Below, piece by piece: positions 1-12,839 of a DNA stretch of 64,000 nucleotides. Each line of letters begins with the position of its first letter. The stretch's first letter is position 1. The stretch lies in NCBI RefSeq assembly GCF_009914755.1, contig NC_060931.1; one strand, written 5' to 3'. This DNA is from the human T2T-CHM13v2.0 reference genome, Homo sapiens. The translations under genes were made by a program, and so were the position numbers. Under the pieces are notes generated by a model. The model did no database searches. It had not been told where the DNA came from and saw only the letters and a list, made by a program, of their open reading frames with translations.

Positions 1-84
1 AGGGATCCCCATGACTTGTCCTTTTATCCCGAGGGGTAATCCAATACTGCTTTTCTCCTTTTGTTCCATGGCAACTGTGCAAGA

Positions 85-910
85 GACTTTAGTAGATGTC
101 CCTCAGTTGGGGTTTATATGATGTTGATTAGCCTGAGTTATGAGTTTTTGGGAGGAAGAGCACAGAGGTAAACTGCCATTTTCAGCATATCATATCAGGA
201 GCACAAACTATCGACGTGATTTATCACTGTTGATGTTAACCCTGAACACTTGCCTAAGATAGTGTTTGTCAAGTTTCTTCACTGTAAAGTTACTCTTTCT
301 TCCTTTCTCCATACAGTCCTCTTTGGTAAGAACTTTCTGTATACAACCCACACTTAAAAATTAGAGAGATGTGCTTCACCTCCTTGAGGATGAATTGTCT
401 ACATAGAATAGTTGAAATTCTTCTGCATGGGAGATTGGTTTTTATTTATTCATTCATTCTTTCAATTATTCATTCATTTATGGCAATATGGACTCATGAA
501 TATTTATTTTATATTTTGAGTTATAAACCAATATTACTTTATTTTGTTGCCCAAATTTTTCCAGCTTTGGTTATTGAGGACACTTTCAGTTGGTTGGCCA
601 TGACCTTGCAAAAAGTCAAATTCCTCAAAAACAAAAAAGGTCTAAGAAACTGTTACAATCAACTAAATGTGATGCAATATTCTAGATGGAATCTTGAAAC
701 AGGGAAAAGATATTAGGTAAAAGTAAAGGAAATCTGAATAAAGGATGGGCTTTAGTTAATAATAATGAATCAATAATGGTCTGCTAGCAAATGTACCATA
801 CTAATGTAAGATGTTAATAATAAGAGATACTGTGTACAGGGTTTGTGGGGACTTTTTGTATTACTTTTGCAATTTTTTGGTAAATCTAAATCTAAAATAA
901 AATGTTAAAA
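85..910. mobile_element. Old L1MC-type 3' end with 5' inversion (85-600 minus, 600-910 plus)
   Basis: Matches the recalled L1MC3/4 3' UTR (AAGAGTAACTTTACAGTG on minus; GGAAATCTGAATAAAG...CTAAAATAAAA on plus). The two segments are adjacent in the consensus but opposite in orientation. Confidence 0.7.
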
Positions 911-965
911 AGAAACCATAATGCCTTAGTTTCCACTCAGTAGATTCTTTTAAATAATTTCAACT

Positions 966-1090
966 CTTATTTTAGAGTCAGGGGGTACATGTTCATGGGT
1001 ATATTGCATGATGCTGAGGTTTGAGGTACAATTGAACCCATCACCCAGGAAATAAGCCTAATACCTAACAATTTTGCAACCCTTGCACTC
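966..1090 (-). mobile_element. L1PA15/16-like 3' end fragment
   Basis: TTATTTTAGAGTCAGGGGGTACATG...GAACCCATCACCCAGG is typical of an antisense L1PA 3' end. Confidence 0.65.
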
Positions 1091-2067
1091 AGCAGAATTT
1101 CAAGGAGTTGAAGATCTAATTTGAGCAGAGCTCCTGCCTGCCACAAAGACCTCAAGAGCCAGCTGAGTTCTCACCATAAACTGAAATATTCAAGATCTCT
1201 TATTCTAAATTGATTTTCAAACCTCTCAAAGGAACTTTTTCTGCTTACTAGAAAGTTAATTCAATAATTGTGATCTGAAACTTCTCATGTGCAGACAAGC
1301 AACTGACAAATTAAATTAGGGCCACTGTATATAACCAAACTCTCTCAGAGGACCTAATGCCACTTGAGTGGGTTGGGGCTGCTGTGTAGCTTTGGAGTCA
1401 TCTTGCACATCGCTAACTATCTGTGCTTGATTCCAAAGGTGGCTTAGCGTCTATGGTCAATTCCACCTTGATAGCCATGTAAATAGCTCCTGGGTGAAGC
1501 CCAGACCATAGGGAACATTATCTCTCCTCTTCTGGAAATGATAACTCTGCATAGCCAGACTCAAATTACACTGACCTTTTTGATAGCCATGTCACATCCT
1601 ACAGTGACAGTCAATTAGGTTGCCCAGCTCACTCTGAGGTTTTTTTAAGCACTGGAAATTAACAACATTTTGTGTGTGTTTTATTAAATGTCTGTATTTC
1701 TGATTTGTGTCTCAATGCATTGATGTTTATTTCTTGGTCCATTTATTTCTGAATTTACAGCTTTTCCTTTTCTATTCACTTTTCTCTTTGATGCAACACT
1801 TAATTTGTGTTAGGAAGAAATAAATAAGTTACCGCTTTTAAGATGTGAAAGACCCAAAATAGCTCTGAGATTTGCTGTTTTATGAATGATTGAAAATCAA
1901 AGTCATACTTAAGGTGAGATCAAAAGACACATAATGCTTTCCAGCCTAAAATATGCATTTGAGATTTAGGGGTAGCTACAAATGTAATTATTATAATCAT
2001 GAAATAATTTCTGCTTTCCTTCAGTATTTTCAGGAGGAGGCATTTCACTCAGAAAGTCAGGATAGGG

Positions 2068-2469
<402 letters not shown>

Positions 2470-5400
2470 TCATGACAAGTATATTGAAACAGCCATAAAG
2501 ATAAGGTATCTACCTGGTAAATTCTCAGGGTCTACCAGTAAACCACTGGAAGCCTTTCTTCAGAAAACACAGAGGTAACACTCCTTTGCTGAAGCAAACA
2601 TATTAATTTGCTTTTTTGTTTAATTTGTCTTTATTGTTAAAATCATTACCACCATGGAAAAGCATGCATTAGTTACCAATGGTTCAGAATGTTCTTCTGA
2701 GTACCTTACAAAGATAACTGCATACACCTGTACTGATAATCTTGCAGTCAATACTGCACAAGGTATAAAATGAGACAGGTGCGTCCAGGTAAAGCTCCTG
2801 GATGGTAAGAATTATTTTACTTATCTCTCTATTTCCCAACATACTCAGCATACTGCCTTGTTGGTAAGTGCTTTAGAAATATTTGTTGCATCAAGCCGAA
2901 TTACAGTGAGAAGAGGCAAAGTGTGTATCATGCCAAATCCCTTAATTCCCCAAATCCGCATACTGCCAACAACAAACTGTAAATCAGAACTGCTACAGAT
3001 ATATTTGAACTTCTGTTTAAATTCCTCACTAAGTTAGTGCTTTTAAGTTTAACACTCTAGCCACATTCCTGGCAGGAAGAGAAGCACCAAGAAGGAAAAT
3101 TAGAGAAGTCTAGTCTAGTGCTCATCTTGGCATTGCCATCTGGCTGCAGAAGCCCCAGGGCAAGAGGCATAATGCTTCTCACCCTCAGTTTTCTTACTTG
3201 GGTGGTAAGCGGGAAAGAAGGAGCAAAAGCCAACTTTTTAAACTTTTTTACCACTTAAAAAATAGAAATTTTACACATAACCATATTTAACTGTCATTTG
3301 ATGACTTTCTATCATTAGCGCCATCTTAATGACCAAGCAGCAACTTTCAAAAGGAATGTAGCAGTTACGCATCTTAAAGAGTTCAGAGTCTGATGCTTAG
3401 AAAGGAAAGGACATTTGCTAATTGCCCATATTTTAGGTTGTATGCCTGGTATTTAAGAACCAGCATCATATGAAAACAACACTGGGAATTCACTCTGGGT
3501 TGCCTGGACCACACACTAGCTGGTCCTGGTGATTCTTCTTTTCTCAAATAGGGTAGGGGGCAGCACCCAATTTCAGTTTAAAATGGAATTGAAGACTACT
3601 TCTCTGAGTAGGCCTCTGCAACCCAAGAATGGGCCCCAATATTTCCCAGACTCTCAGAATTTTTATATCAGGCAACTGATAATCCCAGAAAATGCTTGTA
3701 AATATTTAACACTCAAAATCTGGACAGTCTTGGGCCAAACAGCCTATGTATCTCATCTTAATGAAGTTCTTTTCTTATATGAATAAAAAGAGATATCCGT
3801 GGGCCTCCCTAGTGGAATAAAGTCCACACTATATATGATGCAGATTTCCTGACCTCATGTGCCTCTCCACAGACAGATGGGAACATCGGGGGATTTTCAG
3901 TATCTGTGGCTTGTTTGCCCTGGCCTCATCAGTGCTTCCTTTCCCCTACAAATATTCTTCAGTGAATGTCATGTGATGTTTTGCTTGGCCCCTTCCTCCA
4001 CCAATAGAAATCCTTAAGGGATCATCTGGCACAAAAATATCATAGAGAAAACTGTATGGACTTTGGGTTTGAAATGTATTACTTACTGTCATATATTAGT
4101 TCATAGATTAGTATTTAAGTTTTCTTGGTCTTAGCTTCCTCTACAATGAGACTGATCATCCCCTCAGTTTTATTTAGATATTAAATAAAATGATGAATGA
4201 ACATCATTTATCACAGGCTTTGCTACAAAGTATGAACTCTGTCTTTTCATTCTTTTCCATGACTTTTCCAATGTCTTCCATAATCTTCCATCACACGTAC
4301 CTTTTAGTTCTAAAATTAAGAGGAAAAAATGAAGGAATAAGGGAGAGAATTGAAGGACACTTATCAGATAAAGGACTAGAAGTGGAGAGCAGCAAGGCAA
4401 GGAAGCAAACTTGAAAGAAGGATGGTTTCAGAAGAATAGAATAAAACTTCTGGGAAGCTTTTTTTCTGACTTCCAGTATGTTTCGGTATCACCATTAACT
4501 CTAGGCCTAAGCAGAGAGCAGCTGCAAATAATTTTTCTGTTCTTATTTATTTATCCTCAAATAAAGATTGATATATATGAGTTCTCTACATTTTCAGGTA
4601 CTTGTGAGGTCTGCCTGGTATTCAAATTGCACCCTAATAGGTACCAAAGGACGCAGCAGCACTTCACAATACCATGGTCTGTGTTTTGGTAAAGCATCAT
4701 TATAAACCTCCCTGCAAGCTAAGTGGTAACAGTTCCCAAAGACAGACTGCGCTATACAGAGGCTGTCATGATGTGCTTTCATTTATGACCATATGATTTA
4801 TATTGGGCAATGACAACAGCATCATGATAATCACCATGGAATTCAACTTAGAGAGACTTACAACTCTTTAAATGGATACAGTAGCTTTCAAGCTGTCAAA
4901 AAAGAGAAATAGTTTATAACAGCAGCATTTTAACAGGATAAGAAAACAGAGTCCTGTAAATATCAGAATGAGATTATTAATCTGCTATTAATATGAACTG
5001 CCGTGTTTTCTAAGCATGAAAATAAAGCAATTTTCATTTTTGTTGCTCTTTTTTAAGTCAGTCTGACCTCTTGACTTGAAATATTCATTTATAAATGAAT
5101 CACAATCAGAAATATAGGGAGATCAGACCAAATTCTGGACCAAAAGGGAAGGGCTATATTATTATTGGTATTTATCCTCAAAGATGGATGAATATTGTGA
5201 TTTTTAAATTATATTAACTTTGCCCCTGTACACCCCAGTCCACAAAGTATAAATTCCTGTTTTATACTTTTCAAGGTGGTTTTATCCTGTTCAAGGAATT
5301 TTTATGGTGAGTGCAGAAGAACTCTGCAAAGCATCTTCCAAATGGGAATTGCTGATCCAAACGGGAAAAAAAAAATCTGTCTGTTTCTCCTGAAGCCAGT

Positions 5401-5690
5401 TTTATATGAAGGTAGATAATTATTGAAAAATATATCTTGAACTTGAATTATATATGGACTTTGCAGTTTATAAAATACTTTCACATATTTCACCTGGGAA
5501 GTGCATGTCCATGTGCACTTGGGGGCATTTTAGCTCTCTTGAGCCTCTTCAGCCCCAGATTTCTTATCCATTGACTATGTCACAATGCATGAAATTTCCA
5601 TCCAATTCACTATAGCAAAGTGCAGAAAGTGCTGCATTTGGAATCAGAAGTCATGTGTATATGCCTCATCTTTGCCATTTACCTGTTGTA

Positions 5691-5736
5691 TTAGGTTGGT
5701 GCCAAAGTAATTGCGTTTTTGCCAATGGCAGCCTAA
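5691..5736. mobile_element. Internally deleted MADE1 (Hsmar1 mariner MITE) inside a MIR remnant
   Basis: TA|TTAGGTTGGTGCCAAAGTAATTGCGTTTTTGCCA is the left TIR of MADE1. ATGGCA..CCTAA is a remnant of the right half. Confidence 0.8.
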
Positions 5737-6564
5737 GAGTTTACCATGAGGCAAATCATTTATCTCTGAAGTATTTGTTAATTCCTAAAATAAAATTACC
5801 TGAACTTGACGCACACAAGAACCCCTTTTATCTCTACCATTCTATGATCACATATTCTCTTCTTTTTATTCACACCTAAGTAATGAGTATATGTTACATA
5901 CTAGCTTTCTATTTTTAAGCCAGAAAGAGAGGCAGCCACAGCAGAAGTATTTTAGAATGCAGACTCAAAAGCAGAGGCAGGTTCTAAGGGTGCCTCTTCA
6001 AATCAAGAGAAGGATATCAAGGATTTAGAGTTGAGGATGGATTCAAGGCAGAACTCCCAAGTATCTGAGGCTTGAAGGACAGCTGATGTGGCTAAGAGCA
6101 GAGGCATGCCTTGTACTATTGTTTATATAAAAGTGCTGCACAATAAGTCATATTAGGAAAGTCTAGGCAAGCCTTATAACAAGTGGCCCAGGAAATGTGC
6201 CCTGTACACACTTAACACTAGTCACATCATCCAAAAGAAGGTCTTAAATAAGGGGCTGGAAGCATCAGTGTAGATGATATTTGCCTACTTTTCAAATTTT
6301 ATTCATCTCAGAAGACTGCCTGATGGGTGAAAATAAGGATATTCATGGGAATGAAGAAAGATGATTTCTATATTCTTATTTTTTTAATTACTGTATCACT
6401 TCACAGTGGCAAGCCTGTTAAAGATCCATAGGCAATCAGATAAAATGAAAAATTTGGCAGAAAATTGGAAAAACAATGTAAGAAGAAAGAAATCTGTGTT
6501 TACATTGAGAATACTCATTTGAGTAATAAAGATTCACAAAATTGAGAGAGAATTTTAGTATTGT

Positions 6565-7010
6565 TTTTACTCTTTCTTTAAAAAAATGCCTTTGAAATTT
6601 TTTTCAAGGCTAGCCTTTAATCTGTAGATTACTTTGGGTAATCCGGACATTTTGACAGTATTATTTCTCCCAATCCATGAACATGTGATGTCTTTGCATT
6701 TATTTGTGTCTCCTTCAATTTCTTTCATCAGTGTTTCATAGTGTCTAGTGTACAAATCTTTCGTCTCCTTGGTCAAGTTTATTCCTAAGTATTTTATTCT
6801 TTTTGACGCTATTGTGAACAAAACCGCTTTCTTAATGTCCTTTTTGGATGGTTTGTTGTTAGTATATAGAAACACAACCTATTTTTATATGTTGATTTTG
6901 TATCCTGCAACTTTACTGAATTCATTTATTAGTTCTAACAGGTTTTTTTTTTTTTTTTTTTTTTTTTTGTAAAGAACATTACTTGCAAGAAAAAGCTTTT
7001 GTAGAGTCAA
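6565..7010 (-). mobile_element. L1M (L1MA/MB-like) ORF2 fragment
   Basis: Minus ORF 6567-6875 (FTIASKRIKYLGINLTKE...LPKVIYR) is L1 ORF2 RT C-terminal sequence. Confidence 0.9.
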
Positions 7011-9984
7011 GGTCTCGTGACACATAGTGGTTAAAAACCTTAATTGAGGTGTCATGGCTGAAGCACAAAACTAGGCCTAGAAAGAGTAGTCCGTGGTTAA
7101 TGGAATTTAAAGTCCTGATCGTCTACCAAAAAAAAAAAAAAAAATCAGCATTCTTTCTGTTACCCAGCACAGACTTCCCTATAGTTGTCTTATTCCAGAG
7201 AACATCAGAAACATTAAGAGTACAGCATCTGAGTTCAAAGAAAGGTAGATTAAAAGAAATAAAAATATTTCCTAATTTCAATGACCACAGAATATAAATG
7301 AATAAGAAAACAGAGAGAAAATGTCCTTGATGTGTTAGACATATTTACCTTCGACATCATAATGTTTTAAGTGACATAATGCATAAAAGGAAAAAATGGA
7401 TTTCATGATGTTATTACTTTACTGAAGAGGCAATTCTTAACTAAAAAGATCTGATCTGTTGTGATGATTAGTTATTTACTTTTTCCAGAAAAAAAATTAG
7501 ACTTTAAAAAGACCTTAAAGTCCCCTACACCCCCGACACACCCAGGCACACATTTAGATGAATCTGAGCATCCAGAGAGAATAGATGCCAGGTGAGATTG
7601 GAGGAGATGCCCCTGGGACTAGGCTTCTTTACTTGGAATCCAGACATCCTTTATTTTGCTTTTTAAAGTGTCTGAAAACCAGTTTTATTACTTTCCAATG
7701 CCATTTCTCTTCCCTGTTTTCTTACTTTTTTCTCTTCCTCTTTTTCTCTTCTTATCCTTCTTCTAATTATGATCATTGTTTATAGTTTTAAAATTCCTTG
7801 TTAATGGAATTTCAATCCCAACAATTCACATTATTTTACTAAAGGCTGAATGTAAGTTTCTTTTTGAGGTAATTCTATTTTATATAGTTTCCTTTCCCAG
7901 TGATTCTGTCATATCAATCAATGGCAGATTTTTACATTTTTGTAAGAAATTGTCAGGATTAAAAAAAGATAATATGATACCTGCTGTGGGGATTTAGAAC
8001 ATTTCAGTTAGTAAGTCAATGAAGTTATCAAAAATAGATCTGAAGAGATTACAGCAACAGCAGCTCTTGAAATAGTGTGAAATTAATCATCTGGGAAATA
8101 AGGTAAAGCAAGAAGTATCCAGGCAGAGAGTCTGCAGTAGGCCTCTAAAGCTTTAGAGATTGATTCCTGGATATTGCAGCCCTTGTGTGCTACTACAAGG
8201 AATTCCTGGAAATAGTATTAACCCAAATCCCAGCAGTGCATAAAGAGCCCTGGGTGTAGGCTCTGGACACAGAACAACAGTTTGTGTGGGTAACAGCATG
8301 GTATATTATAAGAAGACAAATGTCATATACAAATTTTAGTTGTTTTAATTATAGTCTGCAGCTGTTATGCAAAGCTAAAAATAATGTAACTGTCACTGTC
8401 AAAATGTATTTTTTTCAAAGGGGAATGTCTTTACAAATGGCACTGTAGTGAATACAGCTACTAAATTTAAAGACTCCCAATTTAAAGTGGATGACTAGGT
8501 TCTCTCATGCAGTTGGTGAAATTTGTTAAGATCTTCATTTCTTTCAAGACCAGGAAATATGCTTTCAACATGAATCAAGTCCTCTGTTTGAGTGCTCATA
8601 GACCTCTATTTAGGTGTAGCTTCTCATAGAATTGATAGCATATTTGCTATGAATTTTCTGGCTTCTATTAAAGGTTTCCTTCTGCTTCCTTCTGCTGGGG
8701 GACTTTAAGCATATAATATTTTTTTTTCATTTTTTTCTTTCGAAATGATAGTGCTATTTAGAAACAAGAGGTTAATAAAGAAATAGAGAAGATAAAAATT
8801 ACTGTCTTAATGGTTTTTATTTTAATTGTCAGGTACTTAACTATAGCCTTAGATAATTGTCACAGCAAGATATATAAATGTCCATGAGAAAAATACCACA
8901 GATAATTTCAATTATATAAGACTTCATTATATTCATTTAGTGGAAACTGTAGTATTAATTGGTACATTCAAAAATTCATATAATTATCATTTCTTTTTCA
9001 GTATTTAGATTACCATATGCCATTTCTTCTCCTTAAAGTGTAAAAATACATCTATGCTTTAAAATGCTTTCAACGTCAAAAGAATTACTAGATGGTAAAA
9101 AAATTCCACTAATCAGGGAGCTTTCTTTTTTCTTTCTTTCATTTTAGTGATTGTTAGGAGATGATTTGATTTTTTTATTCTGAAATTTTTGTTATCTCTC
9201 AATCAGGTTTTTATTGGACTCCAGTCAATGCCGAACTATTAATATGTGCTTGGTACTTACCATATCATATTATAACAATCAGAAGTCACAATAATTGGGC
9301 CATTTGGGAGTAACATCTGAATAAATAATTTCATCTTGTATTGTTTAGAAATATAACCAATTCAGAGCTGAAAACCGTAGAAAAATTTTAAAATATGAGA
9401 TTGTACCTTATTTTATGATAAATTGAATTGTGAAGAAAAGGAGTTTGTCTTTTAAATATTTTAAAATGCTATATTTATAAAATTTGTACATTTTTTGAGA
9501 CAAATCAATAAAATACAGATAAGCAAGCAACATGAAAGTGTTCCCCCATATCCTATAATCCTAGCCTGTGGGTTTAACACCACAGTCATTAGATCTGTCT
9601 GCCTGAGAAATATCTTCCTTTATGTATTTCCAATTTCATGGTTAAAAAACTGTCATGAAAGAGTAGACCAATTTTTAGATAATAAAAATAAGTGTCTCTA
9701 TAAACTCATCATGATAAATAAAGACTCATATTTCTCTTGGCTGGCATTGAAGCAGAGAACTATTTTTAATCACAGATTTACTTGGGAGTCCATTAACAAA
9801 CTAAAATCAATGGCCACTTAGGAGTAATCCTAAATACTGTACATTTTAAAATGCAAATGAGAATGGGTCCATGGAAAAATGATTATAGGGTCAAACCTTA
9901 AAAATAGGAATACCAGGGTGGGATTAGAAATGAAGATGCATTGTCTTCAGATTTACTAGAAATGTGTGGCCTTTCCAATATCGT

Positions 9985-10270
9985 AAATGAACTAACACAG
10001 AAGCAGAAAACCAAATATCACAAGTTTTTACTTACAAGTGGTGGCTAAACAAAGAATACACATGGACATAAAAATGGAGAAAGTAGACTCTGGGAACTCC
10101 AAAAGGGGAAAGGGTGGGAGGGGAATGAGGGTTGAAAAATTACCTATTGTGTGCAATGTCCAATATTTGGGTGATGGGTACAATAGAAGCCCAACCACCA
10201 GCATTATACATGCAGTACTCATGTAACAAAGAAGGACATATACTCCCTGAATCTAAAATTTAAAAAAAGA
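9985..10270 (+). mobile_element. L1PB-like 3' end
   Basis: ACATGGACATAAAAATGGAG...GAAAAATTACCTATTG...CCCTGAATCTAAAAT followed by an A-rich tail. Confidence 0.85.
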
Positions 10271-12527
10271 AAGTTATGGCCTGTAAAGAGCAGTTTCAAT
10301 CACCCCGGGAAGGTGAAGCAATTAAGTGTCCAGGTGCGGAAGCTTTTAGATTTGTTGAGCATCACGAGATTCAGTCCACTGTGTAATAAAGCTTCCCAAA
10401 TTTGTTTCCGTAACCTTGTTCTCTGTCTGAGGTACACCCTACTCAGTCATCAGTAAAGTCTCCTGCTGAGAACTTGCACAAGGGATTGTGTCTCAGGCAC
10501 CAGCTGGAAACATCATTTATGTTGTACTGATCTTCCTGGCAAGAGACTCAGCCTCTATGGACACAGGGAATCTGGGAGCCTGTCTCCCTGCTTCGCGTTA
10601 AAAGAAATCATTCCTCTTTCCTTCCAAAATCAACTAAGTTCAAACCCAATCACATAAGTTCAACTCCGTAAACTGTATAGGTTATACGATTCAAAACCAC
10701 ACTGGGCCCTAAATAGGAGATATCTAATTCACCTAAGGTTTTCTCCGTGTAAATACAGAGAAAGCGCTAATATTTGGACTTGAATTTATTATAAATGAAA
10801 AACAGTTCTTAGAGGGAGCCAGAGATTCTGATGAGAAATCAGGCTTCTGACTTCTATTTTTTTCCTTGAAAATCACTACTCTTTATTTTTTTCTTTTTAA
10901 TCACAGAATATACTGTCATTCTAGGTAATGATGAAAACCTAAATAAATGACTGTTTACTGAATTCCTACTAAACTCCAGGTACTATGCTAGGCATTTTAC
11001 AGTTTATATTTAATATGTCAAATTCGTTTATAAATTTTATATGGAAAAAATTTGTAATAATAGGAGAAAGAGAAATTCAGGATTGGAAAGAAAGATGTTG
11101 ATGAGAAAAACTCATGGTTTTGCACTACAGCTTTAGAGGAAGGGAGCTGAGTCAAAACCCACCAGAACTGTCCCTTCTGAATGGGAAAGAAGGTCAGCTG
11201 TTCTCTAGTGGCGGGATGGAACCCCACTAAAAGAACCTACTGAGCTTCACTCTCCTCTGGCTAAAATTATACAAATAGAAACAGGGGCATGACTTTTCTT
11301 TATGGGATTCTCCCTAAAGTTTCCCTAAGACTTTTCCTTTCTGGAATATCAGGAAATAAGAAAAAATGGTGGGTATCATTATTATTTAATAAATGTGAAA
11401 TATTATGATGGAGAAAAATTAGGAAACTTGCCCAAGGCACAACTTCTCATTACTGGGGAATATAAATCAGTATACTTGTCCAGACTTAATTAGTGAGCTT
11501 CCTTAAATCATTCCAAACACTATTACAGTCCTCCTTACACTGAATGTTGATTAAATGTATGCAAATCTGTTGCCTTTCCTAAGTTTGAACTACTTTACTA
11601 AATGTGTTCATTTTTACTTTCCTCCCACCCCCGTTGTACTTAGTACTGTTCACCCATCCTTTCAATCGATATTTACTGAGTTGTGTGGCACTGTGCCAGG
11701 AATAGTCTGTCTCATGGAATATTGAATGTAGTTGGTGCTACAGACAATAATAAATGCCAACAATAATTATTATAAAACCGTATTTGTAATTAGGACAAAT
11801 CATGGCAACCAGTTCTTGACTACGAGTATAATTGCACACCTCTTTTCTCCTTATGGTGAAATTCTCAAAGAATTATTAGCAAGAAGAAGGTCTGAAGTGA
11901 GATCTCTGATGCAAGCTTAGACTTGCCATCAACCAGAGTGCTGGGTGGTGGATCAGGACCACCAGGCAACCTCGGATCCCTTTCAGCCTGGCAAGCTTCT
12001 GCATTTGGCCATTATCAGTCTGTTTATCAGGTCTCAGATGAGGAGAAACAAGTAAAGAATAGCATTAACAATACTTGTGTTAGATTTTAAAAATAGTTCC
12101 TGGACAAATAAATTTTAAAAAAAAAGTCAATGAAGGTTTTTTATCTTTTCCCATTATCTAATGTCCTTCATGGACCTTACAAATGTCTAGTGATAGAAAC
12201 ATTCTTGATAAAATTGAAGATAAAGGTAATCTAGTCGTTCTATCTGCTGAAATTGATAATAATTTAATTCTTTTTACATTTAAAATTGTATAATTCTGTA
12301 TTATAACAGAAACGCATTTTTATATTATAAAAATCAAACATATCAAAAGTAAGCATTTTATTTCTTTCTTTAATATCTCTCATTATCTACAATTATATTC
12401 CCTTCCATAGGTATATAATCTCAGGTGTATACTTCAAATGTACTCTTCACAGTTAATGATAAACACATGTATGCACAAAATAAACATAGATTCTGTTTTT
12501 AGGTAAATGGAATTGTACTTTGCACAT

Positions 12528-12740
12528 GTCTTTCAACCAAAGATAATTTTGTCCCCAGGAGACATTTGGCAATACCTGAAGACATTTTTGATTTTCACAG
12601 TTTGGGGTGGTAGGTGGTTTTACTGGCATTTATTAGAGGCCAAAGATGCTGGAAATCACTCTACAAAGTACAGGATGGCCCCCTACAGCAAATAATTACT
12701 CAGTCCCAAATATTAATAGAACCAATGTTGAGAAACAGCT
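12528..12740. mobile_element. MER20 (hAT-Charlie)
   Basis: CCCCAGGAGACATTTGGCAATACCTGAAGACATTTTTG...GAGGCCAAAGATGCTG...GTTGAGAAAC. Confidence 0.85.
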
Positions 12741-12839
12741 CTATAAGATGTTCTGTCACCTGCTTTTTTACAGATCTACTTCATCGCTTAAGCAATGGCA
12801 TAGTATTTGCTTTTACCATATGAATTTTCCATAATGTAT

